Source of the DNA: Lingula anatina
Taxonomy: Eukaryota > Animalia > Brachiopoda
Reading direction: 5' to 3'
NCBI GenBank assembly: GCA_051362555.1
Contig: CM120640.1
Span: 10,168,001 to 10,232,000, forward strand
Length of the DNA: 64,000 nucleotides
Made by a program: the position numbers and the translations under genes. The notes under the pieces are model-generated. The model saw nothing but the letters and a program-made list of their open reading frames with translations. It searched no databases and was not told the origin of the DNA. Of this stretch, positions 1 to 12,573 are shown one piece after another. Positions within the stretch are counted from its first letter, which is position 1; every line of letters begins with the position of its first letter.

Positions 1-113
1 CGCAATTATGCGGTGAATACGATGATGGAGGAAAAAATCCTATATCAGATAGTGTATCCTGCTCAGGCCGTTCAGCTATTAAAAGCATGCAGGCTTATAT
101 TAAAGCAACACAC
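1..113 (+). CDS. Probable internal coding exon of an upstream gene, cut by the window start; product unknown
   Basis: Open in frame 3 (QLCGEYDDGGKNPISDSVSCSGRSAIKSMQAYIKATH) and in frame 1; ends at CAC|GTAAAT; phase-0 compatible acceptors at 322 and 1601. Confidence 0.35.
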
Positions 114-321
114 GTAAATATATGTATACATGTATATGCAGTCTCTGTCTCCAAATGGGATGTTGCAATAAATGCTTTTCATTTAGCATGTTTTTTTTTC
201 TTGGAAATTCTTATTAGTTGGAAATAATATTGTATTGTTTTAGTGTTTATTCAGTTTTGGATCCGACAAAAAGCTCAAACCAATTCTTAGAAATTTAGTG
301 TTGTTAAATGCTCTTTTCTAG

Positions 322-366
322 GAAACTCAATCTACAAATAACGATGCTAATTCAAGTTTGAATTAG
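322..366 (+). CDS. Candidate terminal exon A of the upstream gene (ETQSTNNDANSSLN*)
   Basis: ctcttttctag acceptor, then 15 codons ending in TAG. Confidence 0.3.
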   Translation, partial: ETQSTNNDANSSLN

Positions 367-847
367 TCGTGATAAATGCTCAAGCTATTTCATATGAATT
401 TGATGGCGTTGAAGCTATGGTATTATTTTAGATGCCAGAATATTTTAATTATTCTCCTGTTCTTTCGTTCTATATTTCATAACATATGTTCATCAAAATT
501 ATTGTTACAAAGATGTGCATGCATCAGTCATCCGTGCTTTAGGATGGTTGGTTTTTAAAACACTTGAGATGGACTTGGAAAAGTTAATAAGATACAAACA
601 TCCTGTATAATATATCTTGTTTAGAAGTAAAGATTTGAAAATAAATCTTGTAAATTTGATTTTACAAGTCTGATGTGTACTACAGACCTGTGTTTAGATT
701 TGAATGAAAAGACCGTGGTTTTATTATTTTCTGCATGATACGTTTGAAGTTGATTAAGTCTTGTCGTATGTGTTATTGTTATGATGATATTTATCAGACT
801 ATGTCGCTAACCTATCCCTGTGCATTCAAATGTCCCCGCATCAATGT

Positions 848-872
848 ACCCCCCCCCCCCCCCCCCCCCCCC
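848..872. repeat. poly-C tract
   Basis: Run of about 25 C. Confidence 0.9.
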
Positions 873-1600
873 GCCGTATCACAAAAAGTGGTATCAACCC
901 TGAACTGATTTGAATTTTTGAATTATTCTGATGGTGTCTTTACTAGTATGAGAAAAAAGATTGGTTCTCTTAATATTGTTGTATCACATTAAGTCATGAA
1001 TAATTTCGTTATGCGGGTATTGTTTTGGTTCGGGTCATCACTGCTTTAACGGCAACAGTTGCCAATATTAATTCATTAATCACAATGTTCCGGAAAAAGA
1101 CTTCCTTTGCGTTTTCCCACATAACATATCACAGAGAGTCGTGTCCTCAAGTCGTATTCCTCAGGAATAGATAAGAGGCATGCCGGTATATGTACGCAAT
1201 TCTTTTCTTGGGGTACACTATACACTAATATTAACGTAACTCACTGTGGTTTGTTATATAGGCCTAAGCATTAGCCTTCGAATAAAAACTATTGTTTGTC
1301 AATATTAGAAACATATCGCATTTGCTGCATCCTTGAACTGAATTACCATTTAGTCGAAATTGAACTGATATCACATTTAGAAAATCCGAAATATGTTTTT
1401 TTTACGGGAGACAAAGCAATTATAAACCAACCAAACGTCTCTAGCCGACATTGTGGATGAATAATCTAGTCAATTCTATGTAATGATAACCTAAGCACTG
1501 AGTCAGTCAACTAAGGATATCTCAATCAATCTGATTCTCAGAGAAATTACAGCTAAGCACCGTAACCTAATTTAACACTCACCTTAATTTTCTGTTTCAG

Positions 1601-1690
1601 AAGGTGGGGTTGACGTCTGTTCTTTCATTGCATCATAGCTGGACAAATAAGGAATGGCCCAGCAAGCTTATTTATAGACAGCTGTGTTAG
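1601..1690 (+). CDS. Candidate terminal exon B of the upstream gene (KVGLTSVLSLHHSWTNKEWPSKLIYRQLC*)
   Basis: Strong ttttctgtttcag acceptor, open phase-0 frame, AATAAA near 2011. Confidence 0.3.
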   Translation, partial: KVGLTSVLSLHHSWTNKEWPSKLIYRQLC

Positions 1691-2779
1691 ATCAACTGTC
1701 CTGTATTATTCCAGTGTTCTGTTGCGTTATTCCATTAGATCCTGTGGTAAAATCTAATTGTTTGAGGCGCGATATTTTGTGGCAACGCTCGCGTGCTTAG
1801 CCAAGAGGGCTTAATTGAATAGTCTTTTCGCCCACTGTTGCACAGTGATGCTCTTATCAGTCTCTTACGCATGCAGGCGCCGATATAGTGTCTCTTAGCC
1901 GAGTCACATTGCGGCTGCTATAACAGTAACATGGATATAAAAACGTCTATATTTAAACAGTGTTGTAAAACATCGGTAACCGTGAGACGAAAAGCGTGCA
2001 AAAATACATAAATAAAATGGTGTAAGAGAGAGAGGAGGACCTAGAGAGATGACAGATTAAAAAATACAAACCGAAATTTTGTTATCTATTGGCCACTAAA
2101 TGATTGTCAAATCATGCTGCATCTGATTTAAATAAAATCCACTAAGAAAATAATTGTCCCAACTGCACGAGGTCGTCTAGCGAAAACGAAGAAAAAAAAA
2201 ACGTTGTCTGAGAAATACATTATTAGGGGCACCTAGTACTTTTATCCCCTATTGACAACTCATTGTCCCTAAGAAGTTGCAAAATCATTTATCAAAGAGA
2301 GAAGCATGTATCTTTAATGTATCAAGCTAAATCCATGTTTCATCTGCTAACTTTTATTTCACTGGGAGGAAGGAATTGCATTAGAGGAGATTCAGGAATT
2401 GCTACAGGAGTGATGGACAAGTGCAGCAATGGACAGGTGACAATCTGACACCAGCCCACTTTTCCAGGGACAAGGGGAGTATGTGCTGCTTTCAAAAATT
2501 TCTTAAATGAAAAAGAAATGCTGAATTCATTTTAAGATATTTTCTGTTACTGCTGAGGTATTCATACAACCATTTACATATAAGGGGACATTGCATCGAC
2601 TCGTACAAGTCTTGTAAAGAAATAGCACTTGTTAAAGTTATTGAGGAGTAAAGTAATACTTAATTCTTGAAGAACAAGGGCAATTGTTCCATTTCCCCAT
2701 CCTTAAGTGAATTAATTAGCATCTGATGCTGAAATAGTAAAAAAGCAACACAGTTTCATTTATGGGATATTTTCATCTT

Positions 2780-2785
2780 TTTATT
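2780..2785 (-). terminator. Candidate polyadenylation signal of the F-box/LRR gene
   Basis: AATAAA on the minus strand about 0.8 kb after the stop codon. Confidence 0.4.
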
Positions 2786-3598
2786 CTAAGTTGTGCTTTG
2801 CTTCTACCAGCATAAGTAAAACAAACCATATTTGGTAAAAAAAGTTTCAACTGAGTATTTAAAAACTGTCAAAATTGACAGAGTAACCAATATGCCTAAT
2901 ACTACATGGCAAATATCATCTTTACAAGCAACATATTGCACTAATGATATTGGATTGGCATTTGGAGAATAATGGTTATGCACGCAAAAATCAATATAAC
3001 CTAATAACAGCATGAAATCTAGAAGCACAAATTAATGAGCTTCAGATAAAATTTCTAAAATCAGTCAAAGTACCTTTTTGATAGCATAGATCACATATAT
3101 TTTGAACTAAATATAGTTGGTTCATGTCAGTCTACTGTATATGATACCTCTTTCAATACATCTTTGAAAATGTTTCTTTGGTCGTCTAAATTACAAAAAA
3201 CTGACCACATAAGAGATTTTAAGACTTAAAACTGCACATAAAACAGTTATTGTGACTACAATGGCCATTTTAATATACCTACAATATTCCTCTGTTTGTC
3301 ACATGGAGCAATAAGTGAAATCAAAATTGTTACAGATACAAAAAAGTTTTTTTCTGGGCAAGCAATTAACACTCTTCACACTCACTGTTAGGCAGCATTA
3401 TTTAGAGTAATAATAGTTTGAACTGGATGGAACTATGGTACTAAGGCCATCATTTCTGGAGCCAGAGAAACCAATTCTTCTGGTAACATCAGGGTTTCCT
3501 TTTCACTATACAAGCTTATACTGCTTCCTTCTACCCCCTCAAAATAACATTAACTTATTCAATGACCAATATTGCTTTTTTCCAACTCTTTATTTGTC

Positions 3599-3770
3599 TT
3601 AGTTGAAGAGCAACTCCTTGTAAAATTTGAGCTGGCTGACTATGGAGGTTGTGTAGTTGGTGCTGGTTCTCACCACTTTCATTCTGTCTGCACGCTCGAA
3701 ATTAGACTTGACAATCTCGTAGTATTCTCCATCGGCTAGCGTGAAGGACATCAGATGTGGGCATCTCAGC
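3599..3770 (-). CDS. F-box/LRR exon 7 (terminal)
   Basis: LRCPHLMSFTLADGEYYEIVKSNFERADRMKVVRT...YKELLFN*. Confidence 0.92.
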
Positions 3771-6564
3771 CTGTAAAAACAGGTTTACTATCTAAATTAG
3801 ACAGTGACAACTGTAATTATGGTTATTACACATGAAATTCCAACATACTGAATTAGTCTTTTACTCTTCAAGAGTTTTTTGTATGTATTAGTTAAAATTG
3901 TTGATACCCTCATATTTATGAAAAGCTGGTTAATAAGTATATTTATGTGAGAAATTGGAAATGATACATCTCCAAAGAGTAAGTTAAGATATTGAACAAG
4001 TAAGGTGTCTGACAATTTTAAATAATTCCTGCACAATGCCTTCAATTGTGCAACACTATATCTACTTCAGATTATTTGTGCGACAAGTCCTGAATAAATA
4101 TACTTATTTTAATTTTAATATTAAAATACTATATAACTATGAACTGACAAAAGCACGTACTAGTTATGTTTTAACTTTTTCTATTTCTAAAAAAAAGGAT
4201 TTATTTAGGTATAAAATAGCTGTTAAACACAAGACTAAGTATTTCTTCACTGACATGAATCAAACACCACATAATATTTCTACATACCTCATTTTGTCAT
4301 TAATACAAGACATAAATATACTTGATAAGTAAGCTATTAACTCATCACCTGATATGGTCAATGAACTTGCTGCTCTTGTCACTGAACCTAATGGTGGAGG
4401 GGTCCCATTGGACTTCCAATCTCTCCATCAGAGGGCAGTTCTGTGCAAAGGTCTCCATGATCATGTCCACATGGATTCTAGTGGATATCTTCAAGAACCA
4501 GCCATTAGCTGTTCCTATCACACAGATCCTGAAGAGCATAGAGGTTTAACATTTAAGAATGAAGCACTAACTTTGCTTTGGACTAAAAGTATGTAAAACA
4601 AACAGTAAAATACAGTTTCTAAAGACCCTGGGAGTCAAATAGACAGCATATGCTATAAAAAACCCAATGTGTACAGTCTAGCACCACCCAGGTCTCAAGA
4701 ATGAAACTGATCACCAGATCATGCTTCAAGCTAGGGGCTTACTTCATGTTCTTGAAATAGGGGATCACATTGAGCCAGAACTGCTCTGCCAACTTTGGTT
4801 TCCCTGCAGCCATTAATCCCTCCAGCTGAGGGCCATATTTTCGTAGGAACTTCTGCAGGACACTCTCATTCAAACTGTCTGTTTGACTGACATCAATGGA
4901 CTGGATACGGTTTAACTTGCCTTTCTCCATCAGTGCTTCCAACACCTAGATAGATGAAAAACATACCAAGGATAAAGAGAAAAGTTTGAAAGATGCAGTA
5001 AAATCCATCTATAGCCTCTCATTTTATACAAAATAGAATTCAAATATCATAATTCAATAGTAAGGAATTGCCAATAATTTTCAGTTAACATTTTGACTGT
5101 GTTTATTACTGGTCAAAGTAAGCCTAACTATACCAGTACATACAAATACCACTGCTTTCTTTCCTTACTTTGCATGATATCAATTGGCATCTTATTTTCA
5201 CCAAAAGACAAACTTATCAAACTTAAAGTTAAGATTCCTTATGGTAAAGTTTCTTTATCAGAGCAAATATACCCCCTCTAGAAAAAGAATAATGATTTAA
5301 TTAATGAATCATTCAAATCTTCCAAAGCATATCCCTTTGTAAGTTGTGGAATCTTCCAGCCCTTATCTTTAAATCTTGCCTGTTTTATCACTTACACCCC
5401 ACACTACAACTCTCATGGTTCATGTATCAATATCACGTGGCGTATCTAACTACCTTATCACTGAAGTATTCACAATGTCCCACTGACAGGTACTTGAACC
5501 CAGGCATCCTGCCCAGAATGTCAACCATACAGTTACTGGACAACTCAGTACAGGAGATGTCCAGTTCATCTATCACTGTGTGCTCCCATTCTACAGCCTG
5601 CATGTATTGGTCTTTAAGATCTGTAATACAAAATTAATCAATAGAAGGGTGATATTATTCTAAAATAGTACTAACACAGATTACGGATTGAATTCTTACA
5701 CTCTGTGTAGAGGTTAGAAATAACAAGGCAGCAAAGCTGTCAAATGTACAGACAAAAAAACAGAAAATAAAGATGCAAAAAAGGTCATTTTGTCAATTTT
5801 GATGCAATAATAAATAATGCTTATAATAGCACTGTCAGTCAACACTGAATTTTAATCTTGCACAACAGGTAACATGGTCAATAACAGGAGCGGACCCAGA
5901 GATATTTTCTGACAGTATTACAAAGTATCTATGTTGATCCATCCTCCATTTTGATGGTCTTCCAACAGAAAAAAATAGATACCAGTCAATATAAACTTAA
6001 TAACCTGACTGTCTTCCGGAAGACCCAGAAGATGGTCTCAATCCACCCCTTCAATAAGATTACAGTTTCAGGACCATGAGAGTTCAAATTCACATTATGA
6101 AAGTCTCAATATTTGAAAAATGATGACAGTGCATAAAAAAATATTACATAATGTTTAAAGACATAAAAAACAATACAACTGCTTATGTAGAAATACAGAA
6201 AATGTGCAGAGCCCCAGGCAGATGAGAGCCTGCCTGGGGCTAAAAGTCACAAATGCAAGTGTTTGAGAAAAAATTATAAAGGAAAACAACAAAACTAGAA
6301 AAGCACTTTGAGAGTGCAGACCTCTGCCAAGGCAGCAATTGTTGATTATTATTGATAATTGATTGATTATTGATCCGGACCACCACCAAAAATTAATCAT
6401 TGTCCTCTTTGGCCCACTTCCGACAGTTCCTGCAAAATCGGTCCATAACTTTTTGTGTTATGTGGATGACAGACAAACAGGGGTGAAAATATAACCTCCT
6501 TGGCAGAGCTTGAGGTAAATATAATTCCAATGAAGCTGCTATTCAAACTTTTAATCTTCCAGTT

Positions 6565-6647
<83 letters not shown>

Positions 6648-9600
6648 TTATTTGCAATATTAAACAAAATTTACCTGCATAATTATCACTGCTTCCTTAT
6701 TATTAATCTAGCAAAGAGCTTTACCTTTGGGAGTTTACAGGGAAATATCAACAAGTGTGCTTTACGTAATCTCATTTAATGGCCTATTAAAGCAAATGAC
6801 TTTATAACTCTGAAATTAATCTAGTGATACCCAAGGGTAATTTAAAGACTGACCCACTCAAAGGTCTTCAGGCCCATAAGTCACACCTTAAGAAAAGCAC
6901 AAAACCATAATGCCCAAAATAGGAGACTACCAATCCTGATGCAATAATACATTATGTTTAACTGCACAGTCAACATCAACTTATGCACAACAGGTAACAC
7001 AGACGAAAGTAAAAGCATAAGGCTTCAGGCCCATCAGAGTTCAAGTTTATACTTAGAAAGTGCCAGAATGAGAAAAATGAAAATTTCACAAAAAATGCAT
7101 AAATACAATAAACATGATAATCCAATAGAGCTGGTTTTCTCATGAGCTGAAGGCCAATCCTAAAAATCGTACTTGTAAGTTTAAAATTATAATAAGCAGC
7201 ACAGTTTTCTTTTCATAATGTTTGCAGTAGCAGTGCAAAAAGATTGTCAATTTTGATGTAACATTACATAATAAATTAGAGAATAATTATCACCAATTTT
7301 TGTTTATTGACTATAAATAGGATGGACATGTAGAAAATATGATTACCATTTGGCTTCATGTCCATGGGAGCTCCGAGTCCCACAATGAATATGCCAAAAA
7401 AGATAATGAATATAACACTAAAATGTATAACTTCCAGAAAAAGAAGCCAATTAGACTGCTTTTCTAACTCAGGCTGCATTTTAGTCCTGTGTTTCTTTTT
7501 TGAAAGTTTGACAGTCATAAGTAACACGGTTTTTCCATAATGGTCATCAAGGCAGCAGCACCAAAAATTGTGTTTTCTTCTATTTTGATGCAACATTACA
7601 TAATGCTTAACAGCATAATGACCATCGATTTTTAATAATAAAATATAAGTGTCATGGATTTTCACAAAATGTGACTAGCAAGGGTCTTCAAGCCCGTGGA
7701 GGTTCTAAGTCGCACCTTGGAAATGCCAATATGTGAAAAATTAAATTTTCACAAAAAACTGTTTAATTGCCAGAAAAATTTTAAGGTCTTCAGGATCATG
7801 GAACTTCAAAGTCACACCTTGAAAATGCCAATAAGTGAAAAATTAAATTTTCACAAAAAACTGTTTAATTGCCAGAAGAATTTACCAAACAGACTGCATT
7901 GCCTACTGGAGCTGTATTTTAGTCCCATGTTTCTTTCCTGTAAGTTTGAGAACAGTAAGTGACATGATTTTCCTTAAATGGTCATCATGGGAGCAGTGCC
8001 CAAAATAGGGGTTTCTTCAAATTTTCATGCAATATTACATAATGTTTTACAGCATAATGACCATCAATTTTTAATTATAAAATATTAGTATCATGGTTAT
8101 TCAGAAAATGTGACTAGCAAAAGCCTTCAGGCCCATGGAACTTCAAAGTCACATATTGAAAATGCCAAAATGTAAACAATACAGCACTGTTCTGAAATGG
8201 GTTTATTTCCATTTTTAACACTTTTTAAACATAAAACAAAATAAACAGTTTACTGCCATTTTTATATGACCAATGAAGAAAATTGATGAGATGGGAAAAG
8301 TATCAATAGAACAGTTTTAAATGCCCAACTTCCTCCATTCTGAGATTCTGAACATAGTGGATGAATGCATCTGACAAACTGCAATGATATGAGTTTATTT
8401 CCATTTTTGACACTTTATTACACAATACATGATAACAAGTTTACCATCATTTTTACAAAATCAACTAACAATGTTGTAAAGATGCAGGAAATGCCAAACA
8501 AACACATTTACGTATCTTATTAGTTCAATAATGAGACTGTTAACATGCCTAAGAATTGAATGTGAGGAAATGTGAAAAAACAGCATTACCTTTTAAAATA
8601 ATGGACTGATTATGCTGATTTTCAAACTCAACCTGCGTTTTAGTAAGATTGGCCCCTCCTGTGAGTATAATGACAATTGGCCAATCTGTTTTTCTTATAT
8701 TGTGTTATCAGTGTTGCATATATACTGAAAAAAGTGAAAAAAAACAGCATAAATTCCCTATAAGTGACCCGATCGTGCTGATTTTCGAACTTGACCTGCG
8801 TATTATGAATATTTATCAGTTCTGTAAGTTTCAAGCCAAAGGGTAAAACAGCTCTTCATTTCTTGTGTTATCAGTGTTGCAAAAATGCTGAAAAAAAGTG
8901 AAAAAATAGCCTAAATTCACTAAAAATGACCTAATCATGCTGATTTTCGAACTTGACCTGCGTATTATGAATATTCATCAGTTCTGTAGGTTTCAAGGCA
9001 AAAGGTCAAATGGTTTTCCATTTATGGTGTTATCGGTGCTGCATATATGCTGAAAAAAGAGAAAAAATAGCCTAAATTCACTAAAAATGACCCAATCACG
9101 CTGATTTTCGAACTTGACCTGCGTATTATGTATATTCATCAGTTCTGTAAGTTTCAAGCCAAAAGGTCAAATGGTTTTCCACTTATCGTGTTATCGGTGC
9201 TGCATATATGCTGAAAAAAATGAAAAAACAGCATAAATTCCTTATAAGTGACCCGATCATGCTGATTTTCGAACTTGACCTGCGTATTGTGAATATTCAT
9301 CAGTACTGTAAGTTTCAAGCCAAAAGGTACAATGGTTTTCCACTTATCGTGTTATCGGTGCTGCATATATGTTGAAAAAAGTGAAAAAACAGCATAAATT
9401 CCCTAAGAGTGACCCGATCATGCTGATTTTCGAACTTGACCTGCGTATTATGAATATTCATCAGTTCTGCAAGTTTCAAATCAAAAGGCAAAATGGTTTT
9501 CCACTTATCGTGTTATCGGTAAAAGTGCACGGCGACGGCGACGACAGCGACGACGGCGACGACAGACGCAGATGATGGCTATATGTACAGACACATCTGT

Positions 9601-12171
9601 GTCTGTACATAAAAATTATTTTAAAAGCTCTGTATACATTTAAACAATGTTTATTTTAGAATTCCATAAGAAATAATAACTGAAGACACTGCAATTTTGA
9701 GATTTTTTTAACTAAAACAATGTATCCCTACTGCCATTTGCTTTCAATTTTGGCATCTACTCCAACTACACCTGAAACAAACATATCTCAACCTACCACA
9801 GTGTTGCAGCAGAAGGCACTTAATCTTCTTGCACCTGGAGGTCAAGGTCTTTAGTGCTTTGCCCTTGACCCTTAAACAGAAGTTCAATGCCAGGCACTCA
9901 AGGTGGATGCAATTGCTGGACAAAAGCTCAACATGAGTGTCATCCACAAAGCTGATCCCATACAAGTTGACAATACGCAAGTTGGGAGTGTGGGCTTTGA
10001 TTTTGCTGATGTTGATGACCTCATAGATCTCCTCTTCTTCATCATTAGACAGTTCAAATGTACCTAAAAGACAAATTCATGCTTGTCAATACAGTAAAGA
10101 AGTACATTTCGAATTCCATATTACTGTACAAATTATAGCCATGTAGCATATCATAACTGGGGACCAAATTTAAATCTTTGCAAATAATCCATTCTTTACT
10201 GAGGACTTTACATAAGCGCAAATTGCATGTTGAATTGAGAAAACAGCTCATGTGGCAAAAATCAAAGTGGCAAACAGATTGGTCTCCTTAATGTCACCAA
10301 TATTCTGTATCTATACATTTGAATCAGCAATAAAAAATGCCATTTAATGTTACCAATAATATAATTAAGCTAGATAGACCTCCATTTGTTTCATTGAAAA
10401 AATTTTGGTGACTGATATTACTTACCAATAAGATGTAGAACAGACAAGGAAGACAAACAGCTGTAGATTCTACGCATGAACCCTTCCATAAAGATCACCT
10501 CAGAGAGACAAATACACAGGCTTGTCAAGTTACAGGGGAAGGCGTTGAGGTCATTGAAATCATGAAGCTGCATGGCATTGGAGAAATCCAAGGTAATGAA
10601 ATTCAGATTGGGGCACTTGTTGGCAAGCTCGTGCACCACTGGTGCTGTCACCAGCTCACAGGGAAGCTCAATGGTGTGCAGCGTGGAGCCAAACCTCACT
10701 GAAATAAGCGCCAACAGCGACTCAATGTTGTTCACATGGAGGCCGCCATAGTCAGGGCGAAGGGAGACAACACGCCACAGACGACTGTCATAGGCAATCA
10801 TCCGCCATTTTCTACACACGCTGGCAATGTGGCACAGGTCTTGGTGCTTCAAGAATGAGAAGATGTGTAGAAGGATCTTGTCAGACAGTTTGTCCATAGT
10901 GACCTGAAGTAAATGAAATATCAATCATGAAAGGTATGGATACTTTCTAACCTTTGCATGTTTTTTCTGGTGATGTCAAATGTCACTATTTGAAATTAAA
11001 ATGTTAAGAATATATGAACTGAACAAAGGTGCATGCTAAGCGCAAAAGGGATGTTTAGTAAATATAGACATACAAATATGTGTTTGTGTGTATTCCCAGC
11101 ACATCTATGAAACACAATTAAGGTGCAATTTATGATACTATATTACAAATATTAAGGAAGGCAATTTATGTTAAAAATATACCAATAAAAAAAAAAGCAA
11201 TTAATGTTAATGACAAAATTAAAAACTTTTACTTATATAATAAGAGAACAAGACTTAAATGTTGAAATATGAATCTTCAATAATAAAAAAAAACTTCTTT
11301 GTTGTAGCATAGGTAGATAAATAATAACTAGTTTGTTTAACTAAAATATTTAGGACTGTGATCAGAATAGAAGTTTTCATAGTAGCAGGGTCGAACTATT
11401 TCAGCGCTAAGGTGCAGTCAATGTTATCAGCTTAATCGTCTTGTATACCTTTATAACTTTAAGTACTTTGGTAAAGTCTGGACCTCTATGATCCATGATG
11501 TTGTACATGTTGTTTTGCAAGGGGATGTGCCATACAACTGAGCTGATTACATTGACTGCACCCTAGCGAGATTCCCTGCTAGTAGGATAACTTCTATTCT
11601 GAACACAGCCTAAGTTCAAAGAACAATCTGACCACAATTCAAGTTCAACGTGCAATTAAAATGCACTGTAAAACTACATCACATATGATTATTGAAGGAT
11701 TTTCCTCATTTTACTACACTAAACATAAGTCCTTAATCTACCAGGCAACTCAATTATCCCTAGTACATGTAGATTATCTTGCATTCTGGTGTTAATAGTG
11801 GTGTAACATAACTACAAAAGCCAAGGTGACCCAACTGCCCTAGGGTAAAGTACTGTACTTAACAGTGCCACAAGTTACATGCTAGGAAAGACTTTCTTAT
11901 TTTGCCAAATATATGCATCCATAGCGTGCACTATCAGTGATCAATGACATCAGAAACAGTAACACACACCATGCAAAATGGAGGGGTCTATCTCGTTCTT
12001 GCATTGCAATGACTGGGGATGTGCAACACACGCCGTTCATCATCTCCACCAAATGAAAGTCATCAAAAATACCCTGTGGCTGCTGAAACTCTCACTCCGT
12101 TCGACTTCATAATGTGGCGCTGTTAAAGCTTCGCTTGCAATTTGATAGAAATGTGAATGAGAGACGTCCAT
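3599..12171 (-). CDS. F-box/leucine-rich repeat protein (FBXL-type SCF substrate receptor), 7 exons, 521 aa
   Basis: Exons 12073-12171, 10426-10903, 9797-10063, 5454-5620, 4743-4945, 4349-4528, 3599-3770 join in frame via GT-AG (1566 nt). F-box KLSDKILLHIFSFL...ASVCRKWRMIAYDSRLW followed by cysteine-containing LRRs (CPNLNFITL, CIHLECLALNFC, CPLMERLEV, CPHLMSFTL). Confidence 0.92.
4349..4528 (-). CDS. F-box/LRR exon 6
   Basis: ICVIGTANGW...NCPLMERLEVQWDPSTIRFSDKS; phase 2-2. Confidence 0.92.
4743..4945 (-). CDS. F-box/LRR exon 5
   Basis: VLEALMEKGKLNRIQSIDVSQTD...; AA|GTAAGC donor; phase 0-2. Confidence 0.92.
5454..5620 (-). CDS. F-box/LRR exon 4
   Basis: DLKDQYMQAVEWEHTVIDELDISCTELSSNCMVDILGRMPGFKYLSVGHCEYFSDK; phase 1-0. 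Confidence 0.9.
5885..6051 (+). mobile_element. MITE with CAGG(A/G)GCGGA...ATCC(A/G)CCCCT ends (hAT-like), nested; second copy at 39031-39191
   Basis: Terminal inverted repeats, and strong similarity to the reverse complement of 39031-39191. Confidence 0.75.
6293..6518 (+). mobile_element. Small HINE/Helentron-type non-autonomous element, nested
   Basis: AACTAG, GCACT..AGTGC palindrome and subTIR ACCTCTGCCAAGG; 3' GACAGACAAACAG then AACCTCCTTGGCAGAG..GAGGT. Confidence 0.7.
6567..6643. repeat. (AT)n microsatellite
   Basis: Long perfect AT run. Confidence 0.97.
6860..8170 (+). repeat. Degenerate tandem array, unit about 335 bp, with an internal duplication of about 100 bp at 7683-7880
   Basis: Recurring motif tcttcaggcccatggaacttcaaagtcacaccttgaaaatgcc near 6863, 7020, 7352, 7683, 7785 and 8123; 7451-7730 aligns with 7891-8170; related sequence at 5780-5880 and 6065-6200. 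Confidence 0.75.
8570..9520 (+). repeat. 161-bp tandem repeat (satellite-like), about 6 units
   Basis: Anchor cgaacttgacctgcg at 8786, 8948, 9109, 9270 and 9431, with a diverged copy at 8623. Confidence 0.95.
9797..10063 (-). CDS. F-box/LRR exon 3
   Basis: GTFELSNDEEEEIYEVINISKIKAHTPNLRIVNLYGISFVDD...; phase 1-1. Confidence 0.93.
10426..10903 (-). CDS. F-box/LRR exon 2 (F-box domain and first LRRs)
   Basis: cttcag acceptor, G|GTAAGT donor, clear F-box motif. Confidence 0.95.
11353..11610. mobile_element. PIF/Harbinger (Tourist-like) MITE
   Basis: Long imperfect TIRs ggactgtgatcagaatagaagtt... / ...aacttctattctgaacacagcc flanked by TTA and TAA. Confidence 0.8.
12073..12171 (-). CDS. F-box/LRR exon 1 (MDVSHSHFYQIASEALTAPHYEVERSESFSSHR)
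   Basis: aaaATGG start context, AGG|GTATTT donor, phase 0 into VTMDKLSDK. Confidence 0.75.
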
Positions 12172-12573
12172 TTTCTTGGGAGCGAAAGGTTCAGGTAAAA
12201 ATAGACACTTCTGACGTCCGCGCAAGGTATCATATTTCTCCCAGGTGAGCTGAGTGGTGGTTGTTTATTACAAATGTTTCGGTAAGTTACACCCGAGTTT
12301 CACTGCCTTTAAGAATAATGTAAGGTGCTCATTCATTGTGCAGAGACACGTTCGTAAATATTGAATATTTTACCGCCTAAGGTTTTTGTCTTAAATGAAG
12401 GTTCATTAAAGACACCCACATGTAGCAATTAACAACTAAGGTATAAACTAGGTGCCGAATGTTAGGCTTTCTAGGTCAGGTCAAGACGTGAAGTCTGTGA
12501 ACTTTGAAGTATGGAGTTGCTATTAAAATGACAACAAGGGCTTCGCCGTTTCAGTAAGGACAAAGTCGGCAAG
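12172..12573. promoter_or_regulatory. Shared bidirectional promoter and 5' UTR region of the F-box/LRR and ZIP13 genes
   Basis: Divergent ATGs 402 bp apart; CpGs visibly retained here, unlike both gene bodies. Confidence 0.75.

Larger units (their letters stand above)
5722..9615 (+). mobile_element. Compound non-autonomous Helentron-type (HINE-like) element carrying tandem arrays
   Basis: 5' AACAAG, short palindrome GCAGC-AAA-GCTGT and subterminal ATGTACAGAC (5744-5753); 3' (GAC/GGC)-type microsatellite at 9531-9572, then hairpin TATGTACAGACAC-ATCT-GTGTCTGTACATA (9582-9611) and an A-run. Confidence 0.6.

Noticed and set aside
8570-9520. CRISPR-like array
   Set aside because: Whole 161-bp units repeat with no unique spacers; eukaryotic intron; no cas genes
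3599-12171. Calling the F-box gene FBXL5, the iron sensor, because it neighbours ZIP13
   Set aside because: There is no N-terminal hemerythrin domain; the F-box starts about 36 residues from the N-terminus
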